A stretch of 64,000 nucleotides of DNA from Oculina patagonica (Eukaryota): contig NC_135760.1 in NCBI RefSeq assembly GCF_052425735.1, positions 3,038,001 through 3,102,000 of the forward strand, read 5' to 3'. The position numbers and the translations under genes were made by a program. The notes under the pieces were generated by a model. The model saw nothing but the letters and a program-made list of their open reading frames with translations. It was not told the origin of the DNA and made no database searches. Positions 34,370 through 49,400 of this stretch are shown piece after piece. How positions within the stretch are numbered: the first letter of the stretch is position 1; each line of letters opens with the position of its first letter.

Positions 34370-37300
34370 GATCTCTACTACGACTACACGGGAAAAAAGA
34401 CCGTGAACAAAAATTGTATGGATGCGTCGACTTCTCTTGATTCTACTTTCTCTTACCAGGTAGTCAAGCTGCCCCCACAACCAAGCCATCTCTTCTACTT
34501 ACAACGCCAATACCTCAAGTGATTCAAACAAGGGTTTCGCCCGTTCATCTTCCCGTCACGTCCCCAGTTATGAAGCCTCCAGCACCAGGAAACTCTTCCA
34601 CCATGACAACTTCCTCTAATGTTCCTACTACAAAACCGTTGGTTGCTGCTTCCACAATTAAACCTTCTCTTCTCCTTACAACACCAAAACCTCAAGTGAT
34701 TCAAACAAAGATTCCGTCAGTTCATTTTCCTGTCACGTCACAAGTTATGAAGCCTCCTTCACCGGGAAAAACGTCACGCGTGACAATCTCCAATAACGCC
34801 ACTGCTACAAAACCGGCTGTTGCTGCGTCTGTTGTGTTATCCAACAAAACCACGAACGTAACCTTGAGCATTGGCCCTGTCGCGGCCTCTAACGTGTCTA
34901 CAACTGAGTCACCCCGTGTCATAGCTAACAAACCGTCAAGTGTTCTACCAGTCACGCAATCTCTGAATCCTCTAAACATGACCCTTGACCAGTTAAAAGA
35001 AGTGAATAAATACGTTTCCTTGTCAAAACTACCAATTGGAGATGCGTCGAAAACACGTAAGTTTTTTTTTTCGTTTTGCCAAGCGAAGTCACATCAAGTT
35101 CAGAAATCAATTTAATTTTAAGACTTCAGATGTACCACAGACCCCTCTTGTTGCAGCAGGGGCTTGTTAGAAGCACTATAAAGCCGCTGTCTTGAATAAA
35201 GCCCATGGGGTTCTCAAAAAAGTTATGTGGGAGTCTTCACCCCAAGCTCCAAACCTTTATCTTGACAGAAAAAATAACCTTTTTTATGTACCTTTCATAC
35301 AAAATGGTACCTTTGACCTTTGAGACCGGGACCTTCATTTTTGTTACGTTTATGTTCACAAAGTTTGAATTTCTCCCTTAATTACCTAGATGATAGTTTT
35401 CTCTTCCCTTTTCAAAACTTAAGCTCTGAACAATACTGTCCTTTTCTATGTCTCCAGCCTAATAAATTGTACCTTTTTTGATCCTTTTGGGCAGATCGTC
35501 TCCCCCGCCCCGGGATAAAGAAATGAAGACTGATTCATTGGCTGACAACCACCCCCCCCCCCCCCCCCCAAATTACAAACACAAAGGATATTTATTTTGC
35601 AAAAATAAATGGTTTTATGTAGCTTGTTTGTGGGTTTTCCTCGGGGGAAATCCCCCCTTCTTTCCGGTTTTTTTGGGGGGGTTTTGTTTAGGGGGGGGGG
35701 GCGACCCCCCCTCGCGAGGGGGCGAAAAGAAGAAAAAAAAAAAAACACGCACACCGTTACCTTCAAAACGTAACATTTAATAAGGTCCTAAAAAGCGCAG
35801 TTGTCGTTATTACTCTTCTAATTAAGATTGCAGAGATAAGTATCCTAGCACATGCACGTTGCTCTCAGTCATGGAAAAATGTAACAAGTCAAAGTGGATG
35901 AAAAAGTACTGTTGTGGAACCTGCAAGCGAGTTATGGACACTTCTGTTGGTAGAGGTACGGTCACCATACAGGCTCTATACTGTCCATCCAGATTCTTAT
36001 ACCACTTGTATACTAGAGACATTCCCTCTTGTCTTGTATTGATAGTGGAGAAAATAAGACAATTTGACAGTATTTAGTGAAACTTTCTATCTGCCCCGGT
36101 CGATGGCACGAGATTTTGTCAGAATTAGTGTTTTTTTGTTTCAAGATCCAGTTATCCAGTGATTCATGAAAAATTGTAACTTCGTTATAAATAATTTAAC
36201 ATTATTTTATTAGGGTTTTACATAACGGTCTTGCGACAGACAACCATGTTTACGGATTCCCGAAAAAAAAATAATAAAAAAAAAAATAAAAAAATAAAAA
36301 TGTTTACGGATTCCCGATCGATTTGACATTTAGAAGTGTTGGTTCAGTTTGTGGAGGGAGGAAAACCAGAGAACCTAGAGAAAAGGACGAGAACCAGAAC
36401 AAACTCAACCCACATATCAATGACGCAGTTATGTAATCCTCGTCTGAAAGATCAAGCTCAGTTATAGTTGTAAAAATGAAAAAGAAAAATTGTTTTTCTT
36501 TTCTGTTAGAATGTAAAGATAGCAACCCTCTCAAATGCCCATTCTGGGCTTTAGCTGGAGAGTGTACAAGGGATCGATTGTGGATGCTAGGGAACTGCAG
36601 GAAGAGCTGTAATCAGTGTGGAGGTGCGTGTTACAACCCCCCGCCGTAACATCCCCTCCCCCCCCCCCCCCTCTCCCCGGGGCCCTCCCCCCGCTTGGGG
36701 GGCTTAGTTTTGTGTTAATATTGTAAGCGCAAAGTTTATTTCTTTTTTTTTTTTTTTGTACAAGCACATGTACGTTTTGCAGTCATTCGCTATATATAGC
36801 TACAACCTTGGTCCCTAGAACGACAACAAATGGAAATATATTAACAACTGTTTAAACCAGTCTGCTTGTTCCACAGTTTGCAAGGACGTTGGTCCGAAAT
36901 GCACCGATTTAGCCTTATCAAGAAAGTGCATTGAAGGCGATAAACGTCACTTGATGCTAACGAACTGTCCGCAGAGCTGTGGCTTATGTCAAGGTGGGAA
37001 ACATTTTCATCCACACTCGTTTGTCGCCAGACAGTTGGAATCACCTTTATCCGATGTTTCTTTTCCGCTTCTCTTTACCTGTTATATGAAAACAGGATAT
37101 TTTGAGAAGGTCGTGGGGCATCCTGAAAGAATTTTGTGGCTTCGTTTCCACGATCGTCGTTCATAATCGGTGTCAAACAGTTTTCCAATGTTCCACCTTA
37201 GTTGATACTTTTTTGACGTGGTTCTACCAAAGTTTCGCGGCTCGCTTTAAAGGAAATTTGTTCATCACAAAAAAATAACTTTGTGTATCTTTACGTAACG

Positions 37301-38211
37301 CCTTTAAGTCCCAACTCGAAATTTCTGCCATTATCATGACGATTTTATTAATTCTCGTCACAAAGACTTCTTGAAATTCATTTTTACTGTAAAGAGAAAT
37401 TAGATTAGAACGCAGTGTACAAGAGACCTTATAAACACTGAGAAAAACGCATTTAAGGGGCAAATAATTTTGCGCTTAAGTGTGCCAGTGTTTGCTTGGT
37501 CCCTTATTATCAATGCTTACTCTGTTTTTTTTTTTTTATTTTTTTCTTACAACACGCGACAGTGTATGACAAACACGACTATTGTCCGGCTTGGGCAGCG
37601 CGGGATGAGTGCAGAAAATCTAACTGGACATGGATGAGAGACAACTGTCCACTGAGTTGCCGGATACCACGTGAGTACTTTGTACCTCGATGGTGTCCCT
37701 TATACGTTCACGTGGCATTTTCTAGTTTAGTGGTTTCACTAAGAATTTAAAAGCGAAATGAACTTTAAAAGAAATGCGTTGGGAATACAATGAAAGTGTT
37801 TCATTCAACCGTCTTTGAACGACTTCAAGTAGCTCTAAGGGGGTAAAGTTTGAGAGAGCATCTCCGTTACCTTTACACAAGAATTTCTCTGGTGATTTTA
37901 CCTCCGAATCGTCTGCGAAATCCAATTTAATAACGGTTCCAGCTCTCAGAGTCGACTGTAGCACTAATACTATAAATATTCTACTTGCAGTTTTTGAAGT
38001 ACAGTTTTGTGGAAGGATGAAAGATGGAAACTACCCCATCCCCCGGATATGCACAGGCTTCGTATCGTGTTCCGGGGGAGTCACTCGACACGAGATGTGC
38101 CCCAATGGAACACTTTTTAATCCAGTCAAGAGATTCTGCGACTTACCGCAAAACGTCAGTTGTTCACACGAAAAGGACTTGACGTTAAAAAAGAGTCATA
38201 TTGGGCAGTGA
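29025..38211 (+). CDS. CAP-ShK-EGF-mucin-ShK-CBM14 protein, paralog A (5' CAP exons not found). Exons 29025-29143, 29495-29586, 29681-29791, 30619-30711, 30831-30872, 33370-33483, 34460-35056, 35827-35955, 36510-36623, 36877-36993, 37563-37670, 37991-38211
   Basis: LVWATTRYVGC...VVCDYAPGGN...PYEVGKPCSKC (CAP C-terminus and hinge), CPKMCNLC (ShK), CQNGG..CTCACPPGWKGLDC (EGF), 199-aa S/T/P exon, four ShK-like exons, GNY..CTGFVSC..CPNGTLFNP..CD (peritrophin-A/CBM14). Phases match paralog B. Confidence 0.85.
30085..30400 (+). repeat. tRNA-derived SINE
   Basis: ggtggcgtaat...gggttcgatctctggccc...gtataaatgggtaccggcgaa...ggactagtatcc; same family as 54763-55080. Confidence 0.7.
30890..31445 (+). 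mobile_element. Internally deleted Crypton-like (tyrosine recombinase) element
   Basis: ATG at 31077 gives MAERFASVSKEELKVLIENKDSKNTKRTTK, like Crypton/DUF3504 N-termini, then truncates. Confidence 0.55.
31775..32270 (-). mobile_element. 5'-truncated LINE 3' end
   Basis: ATLMYKVNNGLAP...HSLRNSDFVLPRFDTKRYGKHCIRYLGPLLWSKL; (TTATC)n tail. Confidence 0.85.
32339..32934. mobile_element. piggyBac-like MITE (CCCTCGGACG termini) flanked by CACTTAA repeats
   Basis: cacttaa|ccctcggacgaacaag ... cttgtacgtccgaggg|cacttaa. Confidence 0.8.
34292..34365. repeat. (AAT)n microsatellite
   Basis: ~24 perfect units. Confidence 0.97.
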
Positions 38212-40418
38212 CTTAATTTGAGGTGAGCTAAGTTATTAACTTATTGATTGGTTAAATAGTCAGCTGGTTGTGTTTATATTATGCAACGAACCATGTTACA
38301 TCGTCATGGATCATAACAATTATCTCTTTGCTTGCTTGTATCTTTTACTTATTTGTTGAGGTAGCTCTAGCTCTTTGCAAATTAAAGACAACCTTTATTG
38401 TAAGCATTTTCCATTCCCGCACACTATATTTAGATTTATTTTACACCTGAATTTTTTTATTAATTATGTCGATTTATATTGAAATTACACGATCGCGAGT
38501 TGAGCTCTTGATGACAAATTTTTGATGAAATACACAAGGCCATTTATATGATTTCGTACAAGAACCTGTCAGCAGCTGGTCAGCCTTTGACGGCCACAAC
38601 TACTTATAAGCACAGACACACACTTACACGGAGCGTAACCTTGTGCATGGCCCTGCTTTTTCTAAAGCTGATTAACAAAAGGTTGGGATTAAAGTTAACA
38701 GCCGAGATTAACCAAATTTTAATATGAAGAGCATCAATACATTTCATTAATTTAAATTTATCTTTCTACTAACTATTATAACTTATTTAAATTAAGATCA
38801 TAGTTTTTAGCAAGATAAATTTAAATTAAATGAAATGGATTGAAATAAAATGAAGGCGATTATCCCTTCTAGGTTTAATTGCTTCAAGTTGCATTTGGTT
38901 TTATCTTTTCCTCGCCACTTTTCTACTTTTTGATTTTAAGTGCGGCTGTTTCTGTTCCACTTGTAGGGCGTTAAAATGCCGGAAAAAAAGTCAATGCCGG
39001 AGCTGCGTTTATTGGAAAATGTTGCCTTGCGCAAGGAGTTTGTATTGTTGCGGCAAGCAAGGAATACAACTTAAGGGATAACGCTAATGGAAATAACCGT
39101 GACTGGCGTTCTGTAATGCAGCGTTTGTGTGACAGGGAGGGATAATTGTTCAGTGATAAAAATCCTTTAAGGTTTTACTTAAGGTTAATAAGTTTTCATA
39201 TGGTTGTGAAGTGAACGACATGTTACTTCTGAAATTTAGGGCTAACTAATACTAAAAATTGGAAACTTACATTTTAAACTGGGTCAATTAAATAAACCTT
39301 AGCGCAAAGCAACTTTGATGAACTAAAGAGCCACAAAACAATAATGAAAACTAAAGATCTGTATGAATAGGCCAAGGGTATAAACTTATGAACAGTACTT
39401 AAACTAAATGAATAGCTATCGTTCGATAAAAGATAAAAACGCGCTAAAAAAGCGCTACCCAGAGACAAAAAGGCCTCACTTGGCAATAACTAACGAACGA
39501 GACATTATATTTAAATGGTGGTAATTTCACAAGTTCGTACAGTCATTCGATTAAACTTTGATACATTGAGTTTATAGCAAAGCTTAAATTTCTCACTGAG
39601 CAAATACATGAATTTACCAGAAGTTAAAGTTTCAAAGTACAACACTAAAATGTGAATTGGTGTGGGAGCTAACCCTTTTTAAGCTTGGTTCAACGGCATA
39701 AGCCTAACCATAAGCAGCCGAGCATAACGAACAGTGAGTACATCCGCGACACAGCATAGCCAAAAGCACAAGGATAAAAAGAACAAGAACATTTGTTCCT
39801 CACTTGGAATCACTGCGAAATCGGTATAAGCATTAGTATAAAACAAGAATAATGACTGAACAGTTACTTGTATTGTGCTAAATATCGTTCGCGATGATTC
39901 CCGTTGAGGGCAGCACAAAAAGAGTTTGAGTTTGCTCGTTTCTTTAATATCATTATACTTGTGCTTATATATGCTTATTCAAGCTTCTCGGTGCTTATGA
40001 TAAACAAGCTTTGTAGTGCGCCTGCGTGTTGACGAAACAAATTCAATTAGATGATGTAAAAGATAGCACTTAATCATATCAGTTTTTAGACATGTAGGGA
40101 AAAGAAAAATGGATTTCCCGCTATAGCTGATAACCCTAATAGAGCAATAGAGAGAAGATCGAGTTAACGTTCCCTTAACTGTAATAAAATAAAACAAACA
40201 CAGTTTTGAAATAAAAATCCTAAGGCAACGTTTTGTTTGCCTCTGGTTTAATGGTTTACTACAGTCTAAAAAACAAAACTACTATTATTATATATCTAAT
40301 AATGTTACTGGCCGGATCACGAATACGCGCATGTATTAGTCTTGTTCTTGCATAACATGCTTCTTTTTCACTTGTCTTTGCACCTATTTACAGATCAGAC
40401 TAACTACCACAAATTTGA

Positions 40419-43400
40419 CTACTTGTCCGGCGGACAAACCACTGAACAGGTTGCTCGATCCGCTGGCTCACAAATTCTCTTAACCGTGTCGAACTTCTTT
40501 CCCGCGGGACAGGCCACGTGACTTGTGACGCCATTTGAACACGCTATGTATGCTTGGCACGTGGTGGGGGCCTGGTAATTACCGTTTGATTTTTCACCAC
40601 AAAACGAGGCTTCTGAAACTAAAAGAAAGGCCATGACTCGCATATGGAGCGATAAAAAATGTAAATATACTTTGTTGCCTACTATTTTGCCGCCTATACT
40701 TCTACCAGAACACGAAGTGAGTTCGTTGAATACTACAATGTACATACACAACTTGGCTGCACAATGCACTTGAATCACATCAGATCAGAGTTTCTGAATT
40801 GGCGAAGGTGGGAAGGAGAGTTATTCCTTCTGGAATTCCGTTTCATTTCTAAACCCAAAATACGGGGCTTAGCCCGATATACACTCTTTGAAATCTTCGG
40901 CCCTTACCTCGTATATCCTTTCCCTTTGCTGATTGCACGACCATATATTTCCTTCCAGTACTGTTAAATTAGTTGTAAGCCCCCTTGTTGTAATGGTGTG
41001 TAATGCAATTTATTGTAATGTAATGTAATTTATCTACCAACTTAACACGGAAGAACTCTCAGGAGCTTGTTAGAAATTGTACGTACATCGAAGATCGAAT
41101 TAGAATTTGGAGTTTTGGTTTTTGTGGAAGGTGAAAACTGGAGAACCCGGAGAAAACCCTCGAAGCAAGAACGAGAACCAACAACAAACTCGACCCACAT
41201 ATGACGCCAGGTCCAGGATTCGAACCCGGGCCATATTGGAGGGAAGGGAGTGCTCTCATCACTACGCCACCCCTGCTCCCCCTGCTTGATTTCTTTAACC
41301 ATGCCACAGTATATCTATTTGATTGTGTACTGATGATGTTGATCTCTCTTGTAACTGAAAGGGTTAAGTCGTTAAAATTTATAAAATTAACTTACAAGGC
41401 ATGTCACAGCTCCGAGGACAATGATCCACCATCCATGTCCAGTTGGATTTTTTACATTCGCCCAGCGCAGACCAGGCTGGACAATCTTCGTGTTTGTCAT
41501 AGACTGTAAAAATATGGAAAGTGGCTTGAATCTACAGTTTCAAAACTTTATATTACCCAACTTAAAAAGATTCATTTGAATTTGTTTGATACTAGTTTTA
41601 GACACCATAAAGGCTCGGCCAATTTCAAAATTTCTTTGGAGTGATGCTTTTGATCATGATTCACTTGTCAAATCAAATCAATCAAATCATGATTCACTTC
41701 ACAAATCCCGCACCGAAAACAGTATTTTACGAATCACGTACGGCAGTAGATCAATACAAGCAGTTTACCAAAAATTACAGCAAATTTACATGATCTTCAC
41801 ACTGCAGGGGTGGATCTAAAATGTTACTTAAGGAAGGGGGGAGAGGACTGCTAGCATATATTTTGTTTACTGTTTTATTTTAGCCGCACGAATTTTTTAA
41901 GGGGCAATCTACCCCATTGCACCGCTGGATCCCCCCCTTACTGCTATAATATAGACCTTCTTACCTTTGCACAAGCCACAGCTTTTTCTACAATTTGTGT
42001 TCATCCAAGCCATCCTGTCCCCTGACTTGCACTGTTTTAGTAACGCCCACGAAGGACACTTGGCATCTGTGTCTTTACAATCTTTGAAAATTAAAAATAA
42101 GACCTGACAGTTTGATCTTTATAACTGTAGCCTGATTTTGTCGCCAAAATCAAAAGCTCCTTACCACTTATATTATTATTATATGGCTATAACATGTTAA
42201 GACTACAACACGCGCTATTTTGGCTTTTGGTTGGGGCCTGAGTTTCTCGTAATGCCCACGGGCATTTTTACTTAATAAGAAGTAAGAAGAAACAAACAAT
42301 CAAACAAACTCCTCTCCCTCCAGTTTAGATCTTACTTCCAGTACTCGTGGAGGAAAACTGCACGCCAAAAATTAAGAAGACGAATTGCAATTGTGTCAAC
42401 CCTTCATGGAGCTGCTCCAACAGCACTATCTGTGGTAGAGCTCAATCGAGAGGACCGCAAAAGACTGGTTGAAATGAAAAAGGCTTGCTGCCGCCTGGAA
42501 TGAGCAACCTTTTCGATGCTGAAATAGTCATGCCTTTAGTCTTGCTTGTAATGATCTCACCTCCACATTGATTACAACTTTTCCTGCAGTTTTGAAACAT
42601 CCACACCAGGTTTTTCTCGCACTCTCCATTGTGGGCCCACAGAGGGCAACTTGGAGATTCATCCTTGCATTCTGAAAGTACAGATAACAGTTTAAAACAA
42701 TTTAGTCCGATCGAATGGTTACTAATTCGCAATCCTTTCTTCTCGTTTCTGCCTGCTTTCTTTTATGAATTCGGAAATTATGAACCCGGAATATATTTTA
42801 CAATATTTTCAATGGGAGTCGCACTGGTCTTTTGTTCAGTGTGGTATTGCAGATCGAAGTTGAGCCCTTGCCAGTATTTTAGGCAATGTTCACACTTGTT
42901 ACCTAAGCACTGGTACCGGGAAAGATGCTGTGTCCAGAGACTGGGAATTTCGAGACCTGACTAAGAATCCGAAGTTAAGCTTTGGTCTTTACCGTGAGTG
43001 GTAACAGGGCAGTTCTAGCCGAGTTTAGTTAGATAAAGAAAAAATACCTTTTGGCGCCTGGTGATATTTACAGCTGGCACAACAGTTCGGTATCATCCAT
43101 AACGCGTTCTTTTCACACTCGCCCACTGCTGCCCATCCTTCACAATGAGAATGAAGGTCTGCTTTACACTCTAGATTAAGACATAACGTGACAGTTGGTT
43201 GGTTATTATCATCAAATGCACACAGCTATGATATTTTTAGTCAGTAACAATCAAACACTGACGATAACACAGCCTCCGTCGCGTAACTATAACCTTGAAA
43301 TAAGTATGAAATGTACATGGGTATATGCGGAGATCATCTTTCCTGGTTATCATCTCTTGTCAGAGTTTGAATCTAGTATGTTTTCTACGGCTTTGTTACT

Positions 43401-46400
43401 AAAAAATACCAATTAATTTTTACGTAACCGTGTTGCCGGGAATGCCGAAACCGAGCACAATAAACGGGTGATTAGCGAGAAACGAACTTATAATGAACAA
43501 TACTTCACCTACGCCATTATTCTCAAAAGTGATTTTAATGCGCTGTTCGATGAGAAACCATCATGTTTCTTCGATCTAAAGACGTCTAGGATTCGTGCGT
43601 ATGTTTTCAAGCTTCTGACGTGCCGTGCGGTTATAAATTGCGCGCGCCCGGGAGGTCATTACTAAGTAACAACCAATCATAGACACTGTACAGATCTCTG
43701 TTGTGCTACGTCATCAAAATGAAATTTCTTGCCTCGAATCTTAGGGCGTTTTCCATTTTTCAGAACTGGCAGGCCAGACCGACCCATATTCGAGAACAGA
43801 ATTCCGTTGTTAGTCAGATTTGTCCTGTCATATCAGTCAATGCATAAAAAATTTACATTGTTATGGTAGACTTGTGGGAAAATCTCGTGGAAAAAGCCCA
43901 TTTCACATTCAAAACTACCGGACTCGCGAGAAATATAATCGACACGCCACCAGAGTCGTCAAAGAAGACCTTAGGATAGCTTTTTTCCCTTCTTTTCACA
44001 CAAGTAGTTGCAAAAAAGATATGGTCGTTCAAACTACCTTTTTTGGAAACCTTGCATTGCATTTATTACTAGAGATGTAAGTCGGTCATTTTTTTACAAA
44101 CCTTGCGGCGCAGGCAAAGGGAAATTTGGAATTCCAGTTGTTGGAGCAGCAGCTGTTAATTAACAAACAAATGATAGCGTTTACGAATGAAGCGTGATTG
44201 GGAAGCACGGTGGCAAATAAATATTAAAAGTTTTATATCAAAGCATTGATCACTTTAAACTAAAGCCACTTACTGGCAAATATCAAACATTGAAACGGAC
44301 TAATTGAACTAAGTTAGCACTACAAATTAAATTTACAAACATTTAAACAGGTAAAACTAAGTTGAGCTACGCTTTTACAAGTTTTAAAACTGGCTTACAG
44401 GTAGAACTAAGTTGAGCTACATGTACGCTTTTAAAAGTTTCAAAACTGGCTTACAGGTAGGACTAAGTTGAGCTACGCTTTTACAAGTTTTAAAACTGGT
44501 TGTGCCCCAACCGGCTTTGAACTGACCGTTGATCTTGCGGTGTGTTAGAGGACAGCTGAAGGATAGATATTGGTTTAATTTCGTCAGTTCTTTTTACTCC
44601 CGCCTGGATGTCCTTCGTATGTTGCGTCATTACGAATGCCCAGAACCAGGGGGGCGATTTCAAAACAAGGTTAAGTACTTTCAAGTTATTTCTTTCCGTC
44701 GTGGGGTTTTAAACACAAATTGGGAGGGATGGTGCAATGTCAGTTCAATGTTGTCGTTGGGATAAGATTATCTCTAGTCATAAAATTTGACAAAGAAAAA
44801 CTCATTGCCATTAAATCACTTTTACTGTCATTCTAATCTGAGTCGATGAGTATGCAAAACAAACTTACTTGTTGTCGCTTTTGTTGTGGGGGCTGGTTTT
44901 GGGGCAGTTGTCACAGGGGCTGGTGTAGTGGTGGTAATTTTACTTCCGTCATCTAAAGGTATTCAGAACGGCATTTGTAAGACACATAGGTTTAGGAACA
45001 CTTTTATTATGAACCATAGTTTTAATTATAAATAGTTTGTAATAGTTTATCTTGTATAATATAATTTTTATTGTAAAGTAATTCGTAATTCCGCCGCTCC
45101 AGTAGCTACAATGAGTTTGCTAATAAAATCTATCTACCTATCTATAACATCCAATGGAAAGGGATAAGAGTATTCTACGCAGCAGTATTTGCTCTTGTTA
45201 AAGGATTGACTGTTCTTCGAAAAAATAAAATCTCCATGTTTCGTCACAAGAAGATAAAGTTTCTAATTCCCTCTGACACTTCGGCAAATAACGGAGATAG
45301 TAAGTAAATCTGAAGTAACAAAATAACGTAAATTAAAAAGCCTCTATTCCCATGGAAAACCTGTAAACCTGTAATGTAAAGGGAAACCTGGAAAAGAGTT
45401 TCCTGGCTACTCCTCCACCACCAATAAAATGACTTGGGTGCTATACAACACAATCTCGGTGAAGACATCAAATGTCTCACTGACTGGTTTAGAGACAATG
45501 AACTTATCATCAATCTTAAAAAAGGAAAAACTGAAGTTATGTTGTTTGGAACAGCGAAAGATTAAATTGTTTCGATGGCAAAGAATTAAACTTGACGGTA
45601 AACGGATGCCGCATAAACACGACAACAACCTACAAATACCTCGGCGTTCATCTAGATCCCACACTAAATCTTGACACGCACTTTTTCAAAACGTACAAAA
45701 AAGCATCTGGGAGAGTAAACTTATTACGACGAATCCGTTCTAACATTGATGTCTTTAGCGCTGAACGCATTTACAGGACAATGATCATGCCCATTTTCAC
45801 TTACTGTGGTCAAAGTACGCTTGGTTGGTCAGAAACACGCAAGCGCAAAATCAGAGACCTGGAACAACGAAGTCACAGGACCATTTTGCCAAATACTACA
45901 TGTCTCACTTGTGAACTCCGCCTACCCACAGTCGAGAACACTCTAATGAGAAAAGCGTGTAACTTTGTTTTTGACTGCCTACAAGGCAACGTTTGCACCC
46001 CTTTTAAAAACTATTTTAATTTTTTAACTCATAATCGTGATACGAGGAACTGTAGAGCCACTGTTGTTCTACCTAAAGTGAAACTTGAATTTGCACGAAA
46101 AAGTTTTTATTTCTCTGGTGCAAATATTTTTAATTCTTTACCTTTAAAAACTAGGCAAACTAGCAGTAGGGTTTTATTTAGGCAGTCTTTAAACGAATTA
46201 CTTTTATAGGTTAGGTAAGCATAATTTTATAGATTTTTAACTTTTTATTCTTTTATATGATGTATTTATTTTTATATTGTTATATATTTTTCTTTTTACA
46301 GGACCCCTTTGATAACAGTACTCATGTACTGAAGGGTCATCCTGTTTAAAAATTCGTTATTATTATTATTATTATTATGTTGAGTTTTGTCCAGCCAACC

Positions 46401-49400
46401 TTGCTACAAATCTTTCAACACTGTTTTGGGGAGGATGATTTAGGAAAATCGAATACTGACTTCTCACTTCAAAAGAATATGTCAATTGGTGGTTTTTCTG
46501 TTGTAACCCAGTACCTGCTGATAGTTTCAGTACACGGAGAATGAAAGATACTCTGAGTATGTTCATTGCCGAGTGTCGGAATATTTAGACAACAAATGAC
46601 AAAACAAAGTTGGAAAGTATTTATATTTCGGTACGAACTATACCATCATCAGATGATGGTGATGATGGTATTTTCCAACTTAGTTTTGTCATTTGTTGTC
46701 TGAACATTCTGACATAATGAACATACTCAGAGTATCTTGAATTCCTTGTGGTTTTTCTGTACCAGTTTACTTTTGACGAGCATTGTAGCTTAGTATCGTT
46801 TTAAAAAGATAGCGATGCTACAGCTACTCTATGTTTTAGAGCGGTTTTCACTTAAGTGTCGAAAGGACTTTGCGTCTGCTTTGGTTTTGCGTTCACTACG
46901 CTTAGTGATTGGTTTAAAAATTTCGCGCCACTTTCTTGGCCAATCAGGAGTAAAACCAAAACCAATCGCGACTCGCTCGCGCACGTTTTCCCGCGCTTCG
47001 TGCCAACTACATGTATTTGCTTCGAGTTTTGATTGGTTCCCTGGATTGTCTGTGTCGTTTGTGATTGGTCAGAGTAATTACTTTGGTTTTGGTTTTGGTT
47101 TTGATTTTACGACACTCAAGTGAAAACTGCTCTATTTGATGTGCCTTATAACAATGAACTTAATTAGTGATTTCTCAAGTTTATCAGTACCGCAGTATCC
47201 ACATGTCGCAGCACAGTCTATCTTCATGTAATACGCCTGACAGTCGTGCCCATTCCTCACTCGCCACTCACACGTGACTTTCCCGGCGGCGTCATAACAA
47301 CCTGCTAAAATAATAATAATAAAGGAGTATTATATAAAGTATAAAATAATTGATAAGTAGTTACGCGCAACGGTGACTATTTCCATATTGTTTTAAACTT
47401 TAATTTAAGGCAGGTTTCAATCCTTTAGGACCGATACATATTCTCGAAGATTTGTAAGTGTAACTTTTTTGAGTATCAGCTAAATTCAACTTTCTAGTAC
47501 AGTTGTTCAAAAGATGCGTTGAGAATTGATTGTTTCGTGATAGTTCTTCCATAACCCGTTTATTTTGAGAGTGACCAAGTCATTCTTGAAAATTTGAATA
47601 CAAAACCATGCATAACTTTCAATCATTTTTCCAATACTGCAAAACCTAATGATGTCTGCACGGAAGTAATTAAACTACTTTGTCACAGACTAACTCCGAT
47701 CTTTTGAATAAACTTACTTTTACAGTTTTCTCCGTAGTATCCAGGAGGACATACTTTCTCTAAAAGATAATTAAATATATTAGTAAACTTAATTTAACTT
47801 TCAAATGATAAAACTGTAATTGTTTAATTAACAATGAATTCATGTAGTTTCCCTGAGAAATCCATACTCTTGCATTACTTGATAACCATATTATTTACCT
47901 GAACAGTCCATACCCTTCCAACCAGAAGAACATGAGCAAACGCAATTCTGCATGTTCAGTGTTCCGCCATTTTGACATTTTAAAGGACACTCTAAAAGAA
48001 TGAGAAGAAAGGCGTGATACTCTTTCATTGCAACTTTCTGCTATATTCTAAATCTTCCAATAAAACTTCCATTCTATCAGCGAAGGTAAACTAACCGCAT
48101 AAGTTGCACATCTTTGGACATTTCTTTGCCATTAAATCACGGTTTGCAGAGCACATTGCCTGTGCGAGACTTTTACCACATTCGCTGTCAAAGTTATCAC
48201 AGTCCCCTTAAAAAACAAAATAAAATACTATCAAAATTACAGAGTAATTTTATATCGTCAAACTTTGTTTGGAGCACATCGGTCAAACTGGTTTCTTCTT
48301 ATTTGCAAAATTCATACTTACTGCATAGATTCTTGTAGCAGAATCCCTTGCCTGAGGCGCATTTAGTGCATGGAGTTCCTTTCTTGTACGGATATTCACC
48401 GATCATGTTACCTCTTAAAGTAAAAAAAGTTCAGTTAAAAACATTGTATCTTACCGTCTGTTATGGCATGACCCCTAAATTGCATACTTTTGCTCTGCAT
48501 TGTAGGCCAGGCTAAGACGTTTGACGGACTAAGAAATACCAGTAAACACTGAACGCTATAGCTTTGAAGGGTTGGTCATAAGACCAGTATTAAATTAAAT
48601 TCTCTCTACCTGGGTCAAATCTTTCCAAAGTCATTCGTACTACATAAAAAGGAATGTACGCTTAACTTACGTTGGGCCATAGTCGCAAGTGACAACAGTT
48701 TCCCCAGGGATCCAGGGGTGGGGTATGCCAAAGTCCTTGTCGCACCACTTCACTCCACATCCTACATGTTTTGTCTTTGCCCACACAAGCTTTGCAAAAA
48801 GAACATAACAAAATTAATATTTTTAACGCTTTTTAACCGTAAAGCTGTATATAGTTAAGAACGTTTGTTAGTTGTTTTTTTTGTTCATGAAGGAGGGGTT
48901 AGTCGTTATGATCCTGAATTTGAAATGCATTTCTACTATTATTAAAATAATATAATTATGCAATGGCGAGTCATAACACTAATTTATAACTCTTTACTTA
49001 ATACCTGTGTGTAATGTCCACACGGCTCTTTGGAACAAGCAGCTCCCATTGGGCTCGCAAACTTACTGTACGAGTAGTACTGGTGCTCAGCGTACCAAGG
49101 CTTTACGCGATCCTCTGGGGTCTCAAGCACGCCCCACTCTCGGGCTAGATTTTGACCTGTATTGAAAAAAGTCTGATAAATGAAAACCGTATCAAAAGTT
49201 TCTAGCCTGATCCAGGCCCTATTTGACCTCTGGGAAGTTTGCCTGGGTATAATTGGACAGTAAGCGTCGTTTGCGCTTGACATGACATGACATGACATGA
49301 CAGTTGCATTTGTATGGGTTTCTTATGTCGATGATCTCTAAAACAAACTCATCATTTATGCCTTTATTTACCACAAGATCGTGATTTTCCGTATAACAGG

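Noticed and set aside
34250-34522. Poly-Asn and poly-Ile ORFs
   Set aside because: Translation of the (AAT)n microsatellite
35480-35790. Homopolymer-rich stretch with ORFs (also 61450-61560)
   Set aside because: Looks like low-quality or low-complexity sequence rather than coding
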